From Candidatus Latescibacterota bacterium (lineage in GTDB: Bacteria; Latescibacterota; UBA2968; UBA8231), in contig OZ242005.1 in assembly GCA_965204725.1 (NCBI GenBank), forward strand, positions 4,160,001 to 4,224,000: a DNA stretch of 64,000 bases. The letters are read 5' to 3'. The notes beneath the pieces were generated by a model. It had not been told where the DNA came from, searched no databases, and saw only the letters and a list, made by a program, of their open reading frames with translations. Positions within the stretch are counted from its first letter, which is position 1. Each line of letters begins with the position of its first letter. Of this stretch, positions 19,050-28,332 are shown in pieces. The translations under genes were made by a program, and so were the position numbers.

Positions 19050-20000
19050 TTACTGGACGTAAGCAGACTTGATGCGACCCCAGCTATTCGCCTCAACCGA
19101 GCTCTCAATCGCGCTGAAATCGACGCGGGGATCAACGGGTGCCAGCAGGAAATCCGTGGCCGAAGCCGTGGTTTTCCACACGTCGCTGGCGCCGGAAAGC
19201 GACCACTGGCCGGAGTGCTCGGCGTCTTGCCCAACGCCGCCGTCGGCCCCGGCTACATCGCTGTCGAAGACCGCCCAGCCCAAGCCGGTGATGTCGCCCT
19301 CGTTGTAGTCGTGGATGACGCTGCCTTCCGGGTCGTTAAAGAGAAAGTCGTCCCACGCCTGACGCCGCACCTCGATAAAGGCCGTGGCCTCGCCGCTGCC
19401 AATTTCGCCGTCCAAGCGAAAGCCGTGGTCGGCGTAGGGCAGTTCGTCGTGCCACTGCGCTTGGGTCATCCAAAACCACGACCAACTCTCTTGGCCATCG
19501 GGGCCGAGGTTCGGGAAGCGGGTGTGGTAGGACTGCGCCCAGCGGCCTTGGGCCAAGGTGCGCTCCTCTTCGTCCTCAATGTCGGCCGCGCCAAAGCGCA
19601 TCTGCTCGCCGCCGTGGTCGCCGTCAACGTGCATTTCCCAGCTATCGTCGCCGCCGGCCACGCCGCCCATGGCGTCGCGATCGTAGAAGTCGTCAAAGCG
19701 CTCCATCATAAAGTAGAGGCTGTTGGCCGCCTCGCTCCAACCGACGATGACGCGGAAGTTCAAGTCGCCGAAATCGGCCGGCTTTTCGCCGTTGAACGCG
19801 GTGTGATCGGCAAAGGAAATCAAGTAGTCCTCGGGCACGATCGACCATTCGGACAAGTCGCCATCCAGCGTTGGCTCAAGGCCCGCCGGCCACTGGAAGG
19901 CCGTGCGCACAGTCCCCTCGGGCACGTGCGCCGTAGCCGTGGCGACGACGCCCATGCACAGGGCCAGTGCGAGCAAAACAGTGATTCTCTTCAAAATCAT
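19050..20000 (-). CDS. Secreted CBM9/DOMON-like protein with C-terminal VE..SWGRIK motif
   Basis: AAGGAGG RBS, ATG 20000, signal peptide; PTLDGDLSEW, VIVGWSE..NSLY, DSWEMHVDGDH, ITGLGWAVFDSD; ends SVEANSWGRIKSAYVQ. Confidence 0.7.
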   Translation of the reverse strand: MILKRITVLLALALCMGVVATATAHVPEGTVRTAFQWPAGLEPTLDGDLSEWSIVPEDYLISFADHTAFNGEKPADFGDLNFRVIVGWSEAANSLYFMMERFDDFYDRDAMGGVAGGDDSWEMHVDGDHGGEQMRFGAADIEDEEERTLAQGRWAQSYHTRFPNLGPDGQESWSWFWMTQAQWHDELPYADHGFRLDGEIGSGEATAFIEVRRQAWDDFLFNDPEGSVIHDYNEGDITGLGWAVFDSDVAGADGGVGQDAEHSGQWSLSGASDVWKTTASATDFLLAPVDPRVDFSAIESSVEANSWGRIKSAYVQ

Positions 20001-20144
20001 CCTCCTTGGTTTAGTAAAAACGCCCGCCACAGCGGGTCCTCTCTGAATTAAAACATAATGCTTTCGTTGCACGACCTAACGGCCGCGAATGGGACGTTTC
20101 ACTGCAACTGCATTCAGGTAACGACCTCCTTTCTTGGTTGTAAT

Positions 20145-21668
20145 CTACTGAAGTGTTTGCAAGTGCGCGATGCGGCTCTGAGCCGCCGCCAGTGCCTTCT
20201 CGTCGCCGCGCCAGTGCCGGACAAAGGCCCCGTAGGCGAGGTGCGCCGCGGCGACCGCGCCCTGTTGCTCGTAGGCTTGGCCTAGCGCGTAGTGGGAGCG
20301 CGCATGCGTGGAATCGCGCCGCACGACCTCCTCAAACTGGGCGATGGCCTCGGCCAAGGACTCGCGCCGGGCCAAGGCCATGCCCAACCCGTAGTACGCG
20401 TCGCGCAATTCGGCGTCGCAAGCGAGAGCGGCTCGATAGGCGTCAATGGCTTTTTCCAAGTCGCCCCGCAGGGCATAGACATTGCCCAAGGCATTGTGCG
20501 CCTTGGCGTAGCAGGCGTCGATGTCGAGGGCGCGGGAAAACGCAGCCTCGGCCTCGCCCCAACGCTGTTTTTGAGCGTGGGCAAAGCCCATGGTAAAATG
20601 CGCTTCGGGCGCGTGCCGGCCCCGCGGCTCGTGCGCCGCGATTGTGCCGGCCAAGTGCGCGGCGCGCTCCACATCGCCCTGCCGCAAGTGGAGCTGGACC
20701 ACCGCGGCCAGCGCGTCAACGTGCTCAGGCTCGCGGCTGAGTACCTCCTGGTACGTGCTCAGCGCGTCGGCGTAGTGCCCCAAGCGCGCCTGCGCCCGGC
20801 CCAATCCCAACCGCGCTTCCACATTGCCGGGTTCTCTCTCCAGCACCTTTTCCAAGGTCTCCTCTCGGTCCGCCAAGTCGAGCAAGCCCTCTAGGCGCGT
20901 GAGCATGGCTTCGGCTTCGTCGTAGCGGCCTTGGGCCGAATACAAATTCGCCAAGTCGTGGTACGCCGCGCCGTAGTTGGCGTCGAGTGCCACGGCCCGG
21001 TTGAGCGCTTGCGCTGCTTCTTCGTACCGCTTCTCGTTCAAGTAGAGCCGGCCCATGTCTCGCCAGATTTCTTTGCGCTCCGGTGCCAACTCGGCCGCTT
21101 CCGTCAACACCTCTTCCGCTCGCGCATTGCGGCCCTGCTGGCTGTAGAGCAAAGCGAGGGCCTGCCGCGCTTCCACGTCTTTGGGGGCGATGTACAGTGC
21201 CCTCAGCAGGGCCTCTTCGGCGCGCTCGTATTGCCCTTGCTCCTTTGCGAGAAAGGCCAACAAGCGATAGGAGCTAGGCGATTGGGGATCGAAGCGCAGC
21301 GCGGCTTCTACCGCCTCTACGGCCTGCGGGTAGCGGCCTGCTTCGAGGTCGGCAATGGCCAAGTTGTGATAGGAGGGGATATACGTCGAATCCAGCGCAA
21401 TGGCCCGCGCAAAGTGCGGGGCGGCGGCCGTACTCTTGCGCTGCAGATGCGCCAAGCCCAAGTAAAAGTGCGCGTCGCGGGACAGGGAATCGCGGCGCAC
21501 GGCCTCTTGGTACACGGCCGCGGCTTGGTCGTAGCGGCCCTGATCCAAATACGTCCTCCCCACCGCGAGCAAGGGATCGTCCGTTGGCAACTCTTGCCGC
21601 GCTTGGTCGCATCCCCCCAGCGAGAGAAGGGCGAGAAGGGCGAGGCGATCCACGGGCGAAAAGGACAT
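20145..21668 (-). CDS. Tetratricopeptide-repeat lipoprotein
   Basis: Lipobox LSLGGC; many 34-aa repeats (AHFYLG, AYHDLA, AHNALG, AYYGLG, SHYALG). Confidence 0.9.
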   Translation of the reverse strand: MSFSPVDRLALLALLSLGGCDQARQELPTDDPLLAVGRTYLDQGRYDQAAAVYQEAVRRDSLSRDAHFYLGLAHLQRKSTAAAPHFARAIALDSTYIPSYHNLAIADLEAGRYPQAVEAVEAALRFDPQSPSSYRLLAFLAKEQGQYERAEEALLRALYIAPKDVEARQALALLYSQQGRNARAEEVLTEAAELAPERKEIWRDMGRLYLNEKRYEEAAQALNRAVALDANYGAAYHDLANLYSAQGRYDEAEAMLTRLEGLLDLADREETLEKVLEREPGNVEARLGLGRAQARLGHYADALSTYQEVLSREPEHVDALAAVVQLHLRQGDVERAAHLAGTIAAHEPRGRHAPEAHFTMGFAHAQKQRWGEAEAAFSRALDIDACYAKAHNALGNVYALRGDLEKAIDAYRAALACDAELRDAYYGLGMALARRESLAEAIAQFEEVVRRDSTHARSHYALGQAYEQQGAVAAAHLAYGAFVRHWRGDEKALAAAQSRIAHLQTLQ

Positions 21669-21770
21669 GTCGTAGATTCCAGAGTGGCGAGTACAAGTAC
21701 AAACGTTGCAAGTGTTTGTCGGGCAGGTAGTATATATATGTACCTACCAAAAACTAAGTCAAGAAAGAAA

Positions 21771-22946
21771 GTGCCTCGCAATTTGGCGTTTTTCGACCGG
21801 GCGGCGGTCTGTTTCCTCGCGCTCTTTTCTCTTTTTGCCGGCTGCGATCCTCCGCTCCCGCAACCTCAAGCGGACGCCGCGTACCACGTCTATCCGGGCG
21901 ACGACATCCAAGCGGCCCTCGAAGCGGCCGCCCGCGACCCAATCCACAAGACCGTCAAGGTACACGCGGGAACCTATCGGCCGCAGCGGCCCGGCCAAGC
22001 GCTGATCTTCTTCGCGGCCCGCCACGATGGCATCGCGCTCGAAGCGGTGGGGCGCGTGGTGCTGACGGCTGCCCATGCCGAGCGAGCCGACCCCAACGCG
22101 GCCAGTTACCCGGCCATCGTCAACCACGTGGTCTTTTTTGGCGATGGCATCTCCCGGCGCACCGTCCTACGCGGTTTCACCATCACCGGTGCCAACAACT
22201 TTGCCAGCCGCAACGAAGGCCCTGAGCCAATTCAGCCCGACTCCTCCAACGGCGTGCGCTGGGAAAAGGGACTGTTCTTTTACGCCGATGGCGGCGGCAT
22301 CAAGGTCTTTGGCCGCTCCTATCCAACCCTCAAAGACCTAGCAATCCACGACAACTACGCCAGCCCCTGCGGCGGCGGCATCTCCATCGAGCATCGCGGG
22401 TTCGACGCCGAGGCCGTGCGGATCGAGAACTCGGTTTTTCGCAACAATCGCTGCCAAATCACTGGCGCGGCCGTCGATGTGCTGCCCGGCAGCGCGGCCG
22501 TGCTCAACAACTGCCTCTTCGTCGGCAATGTCGCCAATCTCGGCCCCGACTACGTGGGCCGCGGCGGTGGAGGCGAATACAACAAGGCGCATGGCTCAGG
22601 GGCGTTGACGGTCTTTCCCGGAGCGCACGTCGAAGTGCGCGACTGCACCTTTACGGACAACTGGAACGGCGTTGACGACAAGGGCCGGGGCAGCGCGTAC
22701 CGCAATACCATTTTCTGGATGAACGTGCGCGCTGGGGGCATCGCCCCCGGCAGCCGCTACGAGGTCGATCTGCTCGACAGCCGCCGCTTCAGCGGCTGCT
22801 TCGTCCGCGGCCAGATTGACGACCTGCGCGGCACCTTGGACCCCAAGCGCAATGTGCTCCAAGCCCCCAACCCGCAATTCGACGAAAACTATCGGCCTCA
22901 AGCTCCCGCCTACGCCGGGGTGGGCTATCGGCCAGCGGAGGAATGA
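21771..22946 (+). CDS. Right-handed parallel beta-helix (pectin-lyase-like) lipoprotein
   Basis: Lipobox LFAGC; PGDDIQAAL..VHAGTY; LRGFTITG, GGGI repeats, NCLFVGN; start could be 21738. Confidence 0.75.
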   Translation: MPRNLAFFDRAAVCFLALFSLFAGCDPPLPQPQADAAYHVYPGDDIQAALEAAARDPIHKTVKVHAGTYRPQRPGQALIFFAARHDGIALEAVGRVVLTAAHAERADPNAASYPAIVNHVVFFGDGISRRTVLRGFTITGANNFASRNEGPEPIQPDSSNGVRWEKGLFFYADGGGIKVFGRSYPTLKDLAIHDNYASPCGGGISIEHRGFDAEAVRIENSVFRNNRCQITGAAVDVLPGSAAVLNNCLFVGNVANLGPDYVGRGGGGEYNKAHGSGALTVFPGAHVEVRDCTFTDNWNGVDDKGRGSAYRNTIFWMNVRAGGIAPGSRYEVDLLDSRRFSGCFVRGQIDDLRGTLDPKRNVLQAPNPQFDENYRPQAPAYAGVGYRPAEE

Positions 22947-23074
22947 TTACCCACCGGCAACCGGCTCGAACGGCAGGGGTTTGAGAAGCGCGTCAAAGAG
23001 TCGCATCGTATATTCACTAAGAAGCGGTCTGAAAACCCACCTTGGGGCCGTAGAGACGGTCTCCGTTCTTCCAA

Positions 23075-23121
23075 GGATCGAGGGCATCTTGCCCTCGTCG
23101 AGGGCGGGACGCCCTCGATCC
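23075..23121. repeat. REP-like double palindrome
   Basis: GGATCGAGGGC-atctt-GCCCTCG-t-CGAGGGC-gggac-GCCCTCGATCC: two hairpins inside an 11-bp outer inverted repeat. Confidence 0.65.
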
Positions 23122-23205
23122 CGGACGCAGTGGGAGCAGCAGAAAATGCGTACACAAAGCAAGTGTCGCGTACTTGTAAGATCTCTACGACTTGGGAGAG
23201 CAGTT

Positions 23206-25482
23206 ATGAAGAAAGACCATGTAGCTGACGATGACGCCTCTATCGTCGCGTCGCGGCCGATGGTCAAGCTCCATCGTCGGCTGAAACTGCTCTCGACCCT
23301 CGCCATCCTCTCGCTGGCGGCGTCGCACCACACCGGGGCACAGGGCACGGCTGCTATCCGCCAACAGCGGCTCGAATTGGACCGCACGGTCTGGTCGGAT
23401 GAGCGCCGCGCCCAGCAGTACGAGGCTGTCTTTGTCGCCTTATGGGATCGACTGCGTGCGGCCGAGGCAGCGCGGCCGGTGCTGGCCGCTTTTCCCTTTG
23501 ATCAACTGCTGCTCGGCACCCCACAGGACCGCGTCGAGCACGACTGGGACATCACCGAAACACACTATGGCGGCCCGCCGCGCACGCTCGACCCCGGACA
23601 GTGGTCGGCCCTGCTCAAACAGTGGGAAGACGAGGGCTTCGTTCTCGAACAATCCGAGTGGCACCACAAGCGGTTCACCCCGGCCGCGGACGGCCCGGCC
23701 CGCTCTTTAATAGAACTGAAACTACACGTCAAAAACCTAGCTAGGCGTCTAATCGTCAGCGGCGACCTGTCCGTCACTTGGAGCGAGCAGCAAGACGAGA
23801 CTGGGGACTACATCCCCGCCACCATCGACGCCTCGAATCTGACGCTGACCAAACGCCGCGGCGCACCCGCTTTTACCACCTCGGCCGTCTTGGCCGACGA
23901 CACCGCGCTCTCGCCCCTCATCGCCGCCGATCTCGACCGCGACGGGCGCGACGACTTGCTCACGCTGGGAGCCAACCTGCTCTACCGCAACCAAGGTGGA
24001 CGCTTTGCGCCCGAGCCGCTTTTGACGCATCCGCCCCGGGGTGGTCGCATCGAAGTCGCGCTCTTGGCCGATTTCACTGGCGACGACGCACCCGACCTAA
24101 TCGTCGGCGGTCCTGAGCAGCTATTGGGCCTCTACGAGGGCGGCAAGAGCTTTGACCAACCCGGTTTGGCCATTGCGACCCGGCCCCTGCAGTACCCAGA
24201 AGCCATGAGTGCGGGCGACATAGATTCCGATGGCGACCTCGATCTATGGGTCGGCCAGTACCGGCCGCCCTACCGCGAGGGCCAGATGCCCACGCCGTAC
24301 TACGACGCCAACGACGGCTATCCCGCGTACCTGCTGAGCAACGATGGGCGCGGGCGTTTCACCGACATCACGACCCGTGCGGGCCTCGAAACCAAGCGCG
24401 AGCGGCGCACCTACAGCGGCTCCTTGGCCGATCTCGACGGCGACGGCGACCTCGACCTGCTAGTCGTCAGCGACTTCGCTGGCATCGACCTGTACTACAA
24501 CGATGGCACCGGCACCTTTGCCGATGTCACCGCTCAGGCCGTCAGCGAGGCATCGACCTTTGGCATGTCCCACGTCTTTGGCGACTACAACGCCGATGGC
24601 CGCCTCGACATGTACGTGGTGGGCATGAGCTCGACCACGGCGCGCCGCCTCGACTACCTCGGCCTCGGGCGGGCGGAGTACCCCGAGCACCACCACCAGC
24701 GCCGGGCTATGGGCTTTGGCAACCGGCTTTACCTCGGGCGCGAGGACGCTCGGTTCAGCATGGCCCCGGGCACGGAGCGAGTGGCGCGCACCGGGTGGTC
24801 TTGGGGCGTGGCCTCTGCGGACTTCGACAACGATGGCGACGACGAAATCTACGTGGCCAACGGCCACCTCAGCGGCGAGACCGCCCAAGACTACTGCACT
24901 ACTTTCTGGACGCACGACATCTACACAGGTGGCTCGGAACCCAACCCGCAAATAGCCGAATTTTTCGACGAGATGATTGCGGATTGGAACAACGCGGGCA
25001 TCTCGTGGAACGGCTTTGAACACAACAAGCTCTACCTGAGCGGAGGAGGGCACTCCTTCGTCGAGATCGGCTATCTGATGGGCGTGGCTTTTGAATTCGA
25101 TGCGCGCACCGTGCTCGACATGGACATCGATGGCGACGGGCGCGTGGACTTGTTGGTCAGCGAGTGGGCCGGGACCCCGCGCCGCGAGCGGGTTCACGTC
25201 TTGCGCAATGTTTGGCCCGGCGACAACAACTGGCTCGGCGTGCGCCTGCGCGGGACGGGAGGCTCCCCTATCGGCGCACGCATCACCCTGCACACGCCTC
25301 AAGGCAACCAGACCGCGTGGATTTACACCGGGGAGTCCTTCGACGCTCAACGCCCGCCCGTCCGCCATTTTGGCCTCGGCGGCAACGAGCAGGTTGACGC
25401 AATCGAAGTGCGGTGGGCCGACGGACACGTGACGACCCTCGCCCATCCGGCAATCAACCGCTATCACGAACTGGAACCTTAG
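23206..25482 (+). CDS. CRTAC1-like FG-GAP repeat / ASPIC-UnbV protein with extra N-terminal domain
   Basis: Repeated DxDxDGxxDL loops; WSWGVASADFDNDG; C-terminal NNWLGVRL..IGARI...RHFGLG..VRWADG; start uncertain (23146/23206/23260). Confidence 0.85.
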   Translation: MKKDHVADDDASIVASRPMVKLHRRLKLLSTLAILSLAASHHTGAQGTAAIRQQRLELDRTVWSDERRAQQYEAVFVALWDRLRAAEAARPVLAAFPFDQLLLGTPQDRVEHDWDITETHYGGPPRTLDPGQWSALLKQWEDEGFVLEQSEWHHKRFTPAADGPARSLIELKLHVKNLARRLIVSGDLSVTWSEQQDETGDYIPATIDASNLTLTKRRGAPAFTTSAVLADDTALSPLIAADLDRDGRDDLLTLGANLLYRNQGGRFAPEPLLTHPPRGGRIEVALLADFTGDDAPDLIVGGPEQLLGLYEGGKSFDQPGLAIATRPLQYPEAMSAGDIDSDGDLDLWVGQYRPPYREGQMPTPYYDANDGYPAYLLSNDGRGRFTDITTRAGLETKRERRTYSGSLADLDGDGDLDLLVVSDFAGIDLYYNDGTGTFADVTAQAVSEASTFGMSHVFGDYNADGRLDMYVVGMSSTTARRLDYLGLGRAEYPEHHHQRRAMGFGNRLYLGREDARFSMAPGTERVARTGWSWGVASADFDNDGDDEIYVANGHLSGETAQDYCTTFWTHDIYTGGSEPNPQIAEFFDEMIADWNNAGISWNGFEHNKLYLSGGGHSFVEIGYLMGVAFEFDARTVLDMDIDGDGRVDLLVSEWAGTPRRERVHVLRNVWPGDNNWLGVRLRGTGGSPIGARITLHTPQGNQTAWIYTGESFDAQRPPVRHFGLGGNEQVDAIEVRWADGHVTTLAHPAINRYHELEP

Positions 25483-25490
25483 TCCGTCCA

Positions 25491-27449
25491 ATGCGCCCAT
25501 CCATCGCGCAAAACGCCCGCCCCCTCCGCGTTTATGCGATCGCCCTCTTGCCATTTCTTATTTGCGCCGCCATGGCCGATGCACAACAAGCACCGCCCAT
25601 CGTAGGCGTCCCCCCGGAAGTTTTGGACCCGCCTTGGCTGCAAAGCCGTCGCCAGAGCCAGCTCGCCGCGGCGAAGGGCTACGCAGTCTTTTGCGATTTT
25701 AGCTTCACCGACCGCCAGCCCACAAGCGGCATTGCCTTCCGCCACCGCATCGTCGATGACTCGGGGCGGCACTACCGGCCCAATCACTACGACCACGGCA
25801 ATGGGATTGCCTTGGCGGATGTCGATGGCGACGGGCGCACAGACCTCTACTTTGTCAACCAAGCGGGAGGCAATGGGCTGTGGCGCAACGTGGGCAGCGG
25901 CCAATTCGCCGACATCACTGAGCGGGGCGGCGTGGCACTTGCCGACCGCATTGGCGTGACCGCTTCCTTCGCCGACCTAGACAACGACGGAGCACCCGAC
26001 CTGTACGTCACCAACGTGCGCGTGGGCAATGTTCTCTTTCGCAATCAAGGCGACGGGTGCTTTGCGAACATTTCCCAAGGGTCTGGCCTCAATCACAAAG
26101 GGCATTCTTCGGCGGCCCTCTTCTTCGACTATGACCTCGACGGGCAGCTCGACCTCTTTTTAACCAATGTTGGGCAGTACACCGAGCGCGGCGAGCCGGT
26201 GGCGGTTGTTGGCTCTGCGCCCGAGGAGCAAACGGATCAGTACCGCTACTACGTCGGCTTTAAGGACGCCTTTGCCGGGCACCTCAAGCCCGAGCGCACC
26301 GAGCCGAGCCTGCTCTTTCGCAATGCGGGCGAAAACCGCTTTGTCGATGTGACCGAAGAAGTGGGCATCAGGGCACGCGGTTGGTCCGGCGACGCGGTGC
26401 CGCTCGACGCCAACGAAGATGGCTGGCCAGACCTGTACGTGCTAAACATGCAGGGGCACGACCAATACTACGAAAACGACCAAGGCCAGTGCTTTATCGA
26501 CAAGAGCCTAGCGGTCTTCCCGCGCACGCCGTGGGGGGCGATGTCGGCCCAGATCATCGACTTTGACAACGACGGCCACCAAGACCTCTACATCACCGAC
26601 ATGCACTCGGACATGAGCGAGGACATTGGGCCGGAGCGCGAAAAGAGCAAGTCGCGCATGCAGTGGAGCGAGAGTTTTCTCCGCTCGGGCGGGCGCAGCA
26701 TCTACGGCAACGCCTTTTACCACCGCCAAGCCGACGGCACCTACGCCGAGATCTCCGACTCCATCGGCGCGGAGAACTACTGGCCTTGGGGGCTGAGCGC
26801 GGGCGACCTCAACGCCGATGGATACGAAGATGTCTTTATCACCGCGAGCATGAACTACGCCTTCCGCTACGCAGTCAACGCCCTGTTGCTCAACGACCGC
26901 GGCCGAGGCTTCCTCGACGCCGAATTTGTTCTTGGGGCTGAGCCGCGCCGCGAAGGCCGCACGGCCATGCCTTGGTTTGCCTTAGATTGCGCTGGGGAAT
27001 ATGCAGCCCATCCCGACTGCGAGGGGCGCAGTGGCCCACACGTCTTCTGGGGGGCGTTAGGATCGCGTGCGTCGGCGCTGGCGGACTTGGACGACGACGG
27101 CGACTTAGACATCGTCACCAATGAATTCAATGCGCCGCCGCTGTTGCTGATTAGCGATCTGAGCGACCAAAAAGCGGACCTCAACTTCCTCAAGGTCCGC
27201 CTGATCGGCACCCGCTCCAACCGCAATGGCCTCGGCGCGGTGGTCGAGGTTCACACCCGCACTCAAACCTACACCCGAGCACACGACGGCAAGTCCGGCT
27301 ATCTTTCCCAGAGCCTCTTGCCGCTCTACTTCGGACTTGGCCCGGCCCGCACCGTCGAGCGCATCCAAGTGCAGTGGCCTTCTGGCGTCGCGCAAACCGT
27401 CGCTGGCCCCATCGAGAGCAACCAACTCCTCGAAATTAGGGAGCCGTAA
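25491..27449 (+). CDS. CRTAC1-like FG-GAP repeat / ASPIC-UnbV protein
   Basis: Signal peptide; DVDGDGRTDLY, DLDNDGAPDLY, DFDNDGHQDLY; SNRNGLGA..GYLSQS..LYFGLG..WPSG. Confidence 0.88.
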   Translation: MRPSIAQNARPLRVYAIALLPFLICAAMADAQQAPPIVGVPPEVLDPPWLQSRRQSQLAAAKGYAVFCDFSFTDRQPTSGIAFRHRIVDDSGRHYRPNHYDHGNGIALADVDGDGRTDLYFVNQAGGNGLWRNVGSGQFADITERGGVALADRIGVTASFADLDNDGAPDLYVTNVRVGNVLFRNQGDGCFANISQGSGLNHKGHSSAALFFDYDLDGQLDLFLTNVGQYTERGEPVAVVGSAPEEQTDQYRYYVGFKDAFAGHLKPERTEPSLLFRNAGENRFVDVTEEVGIRARGWSGDAVPLDANEDGWPDLYVLNMQGHDQYYENDQGQCFIDKSLAVFPRTPWGAMSAQIIDFDNDGHQDLYITDMHSDMSEDIGPEREKSKSRMQWSESFLRSGGRSIYGNAFYHRQADGTYAEISDSIGAENYWPWGLSAGDLNADGYEDVFITASMNYAFRYAVNALLLNDRGRGFLDAEFVLGAEPRREGRTAMPWFALDCAGEYAAHPDCEGRSGPHVFWGALGSRASALADLDDDGDLDIVTNEFNAPPLLLISDLSDQKADLNFLKVRLIGTRSNRNGLGAVVEVHTRTQTYTRAHDGKSGYLSQSLLPLYFGLGPARTVERIQVQWPSGVAQTVAGPIESNQLLEIREP

Positions 27450-27966
27450 GGCTGAGAACTCTTTGCAGGGATTTAGTAGCGAGGTCTTGGATTGCTATGG
27501 CGAGATTAACTTCCATGTTTGTTTTTGCAACATCTATTAACGCTTCATCGATTTCGTATTTTCTATTTTTGTTCATCCAGACCAGAATCTGAGATAGGTG
27601 CCACATTGTCGGTTTGCCAGTGCGTACTGGTGCGGGAAAGGTTGCACCAGCGCGAATCATGAGTTGGCGCATGTTCTGTCGAGTGAAACCCAACAGATCG
27701 GCAGTCTCTGTTAGCCCGACAAGGTCGGGAGCGGCTTCTATCAGCCTCGCATTGGGGAGCACCTTGCGAATATCTTCTATGGCACTTGAGACCGCTTCAT
27801 AAGCAGATGTCGATTCTCGGATAAAGCTGAACCCAATACGCCCGCATTGACCAGTGCCGATCAGTGCATCGTCGCATCCATTCCTACCCAATAATTCGAC
27901 GTATTCCTGCGGATCAGCTTGTGCGTTTTGCAGGGTGAATTTCAAGGTAAACTCGTACTCGGCCAT
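27436..27966 (-). CDS. Putative antitoxin / HTH DNA-binding protein (AlpA/excisionase-like HTH with N-terminal HicB-like domain)
   Basis: PDLVGLTETADLLGFTRQNMRQLM..FPAP..WHL HTH; AT-richer than flanks; directly downstream of a HicA-like gene. Confidence 0.65.
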   Translation of the reverse strand: MAEYEFTLKFTLQNAQADPQEYVELLGRNGCDDALIGTGQCGRIGFSFIRESTSAYEAVSSAIEDIRKVLPNARLIEAAPDLVGLTETADLLGFTRQNMRQLMIRAGATFPAPVRTGKPTMWHLSQILVWMNKNRKYEIDEALIDVAKTNMEVNLAIAIQDLATKSLQRVLSLTAP

Positions 27967-27968
27967 TT

Positions 27969-28232
27969 TCAGTTCTCGTCGTTTTCAGTCATTATGCGAG
28001 CAGTGCAATTGTTGACGACTCGGCGAATCTGTTTGGCATGGTTTTCCGGGTTGCGCGGGGTGCTCCAAATACTGGATATGCAGAATTCTCCACATCTACA
28101 CTCGCTGTCATTATAGGGACAGTAGATTTTACCCCATGCGTGACCACCCCCTACTTCGACTCTCCAGCCGTGTGTTTCTGCATACTTGAGAGCAGCCTCT
28201 ATTTCTCGTTTGGGATGAGCTCTTCTCGACAC
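27969..28232 (-). CDS. HicA-like small Cys-rich putative toxin
   Basis: HPKREIEAALKYAETHGWRVEVGGGHAWGKIYCP...CRCGEFC..SIWSTPRN; GW...GxH is HicA-like. Confidence 0.6.
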   Translation of the reverse strand: MSRRAHPKREIEAALKYAETHGWRVEVGGGHAWGKIYCPYNDSECRCGEFCISSIWSTPRNPENHAKQIRRVVNNCTARIMTENDEN

Positions 28233-28271
28233 TGGGATGCACTTTTTATAAAAAATGGCAGAGAGTCTATC

Positions 28272-28289
28272 GGTTGTCAAATGACAACC
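28272..28289. promoter_or_regulatory. Perfect palindromic operator upstream of the toxin-antitoxin pair
   Basis: GGTTGTCA-aa-TGACAACC about 40 bp upstream of the GTG start. Confidence 0.6.
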
Positions 28290-28332
28290 TGCGTTCGCCT
28301 AGTTCGTTGGGACCTGCAAGCCACCGCTACCA

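Noticed and set aside
20931-21737. N-terminal 270 aa of the 671-aa ORF
   Set aside because: Antisense to the TPR gene; the real protein begins near the lipoprotein signal at 21738/21771
22816-23205. N-terminal extension of the 888-aa ORF
   Set aside because: Overlaps the upstream gene and runs through the palindromic repeat; the signal peptide lies further downstream
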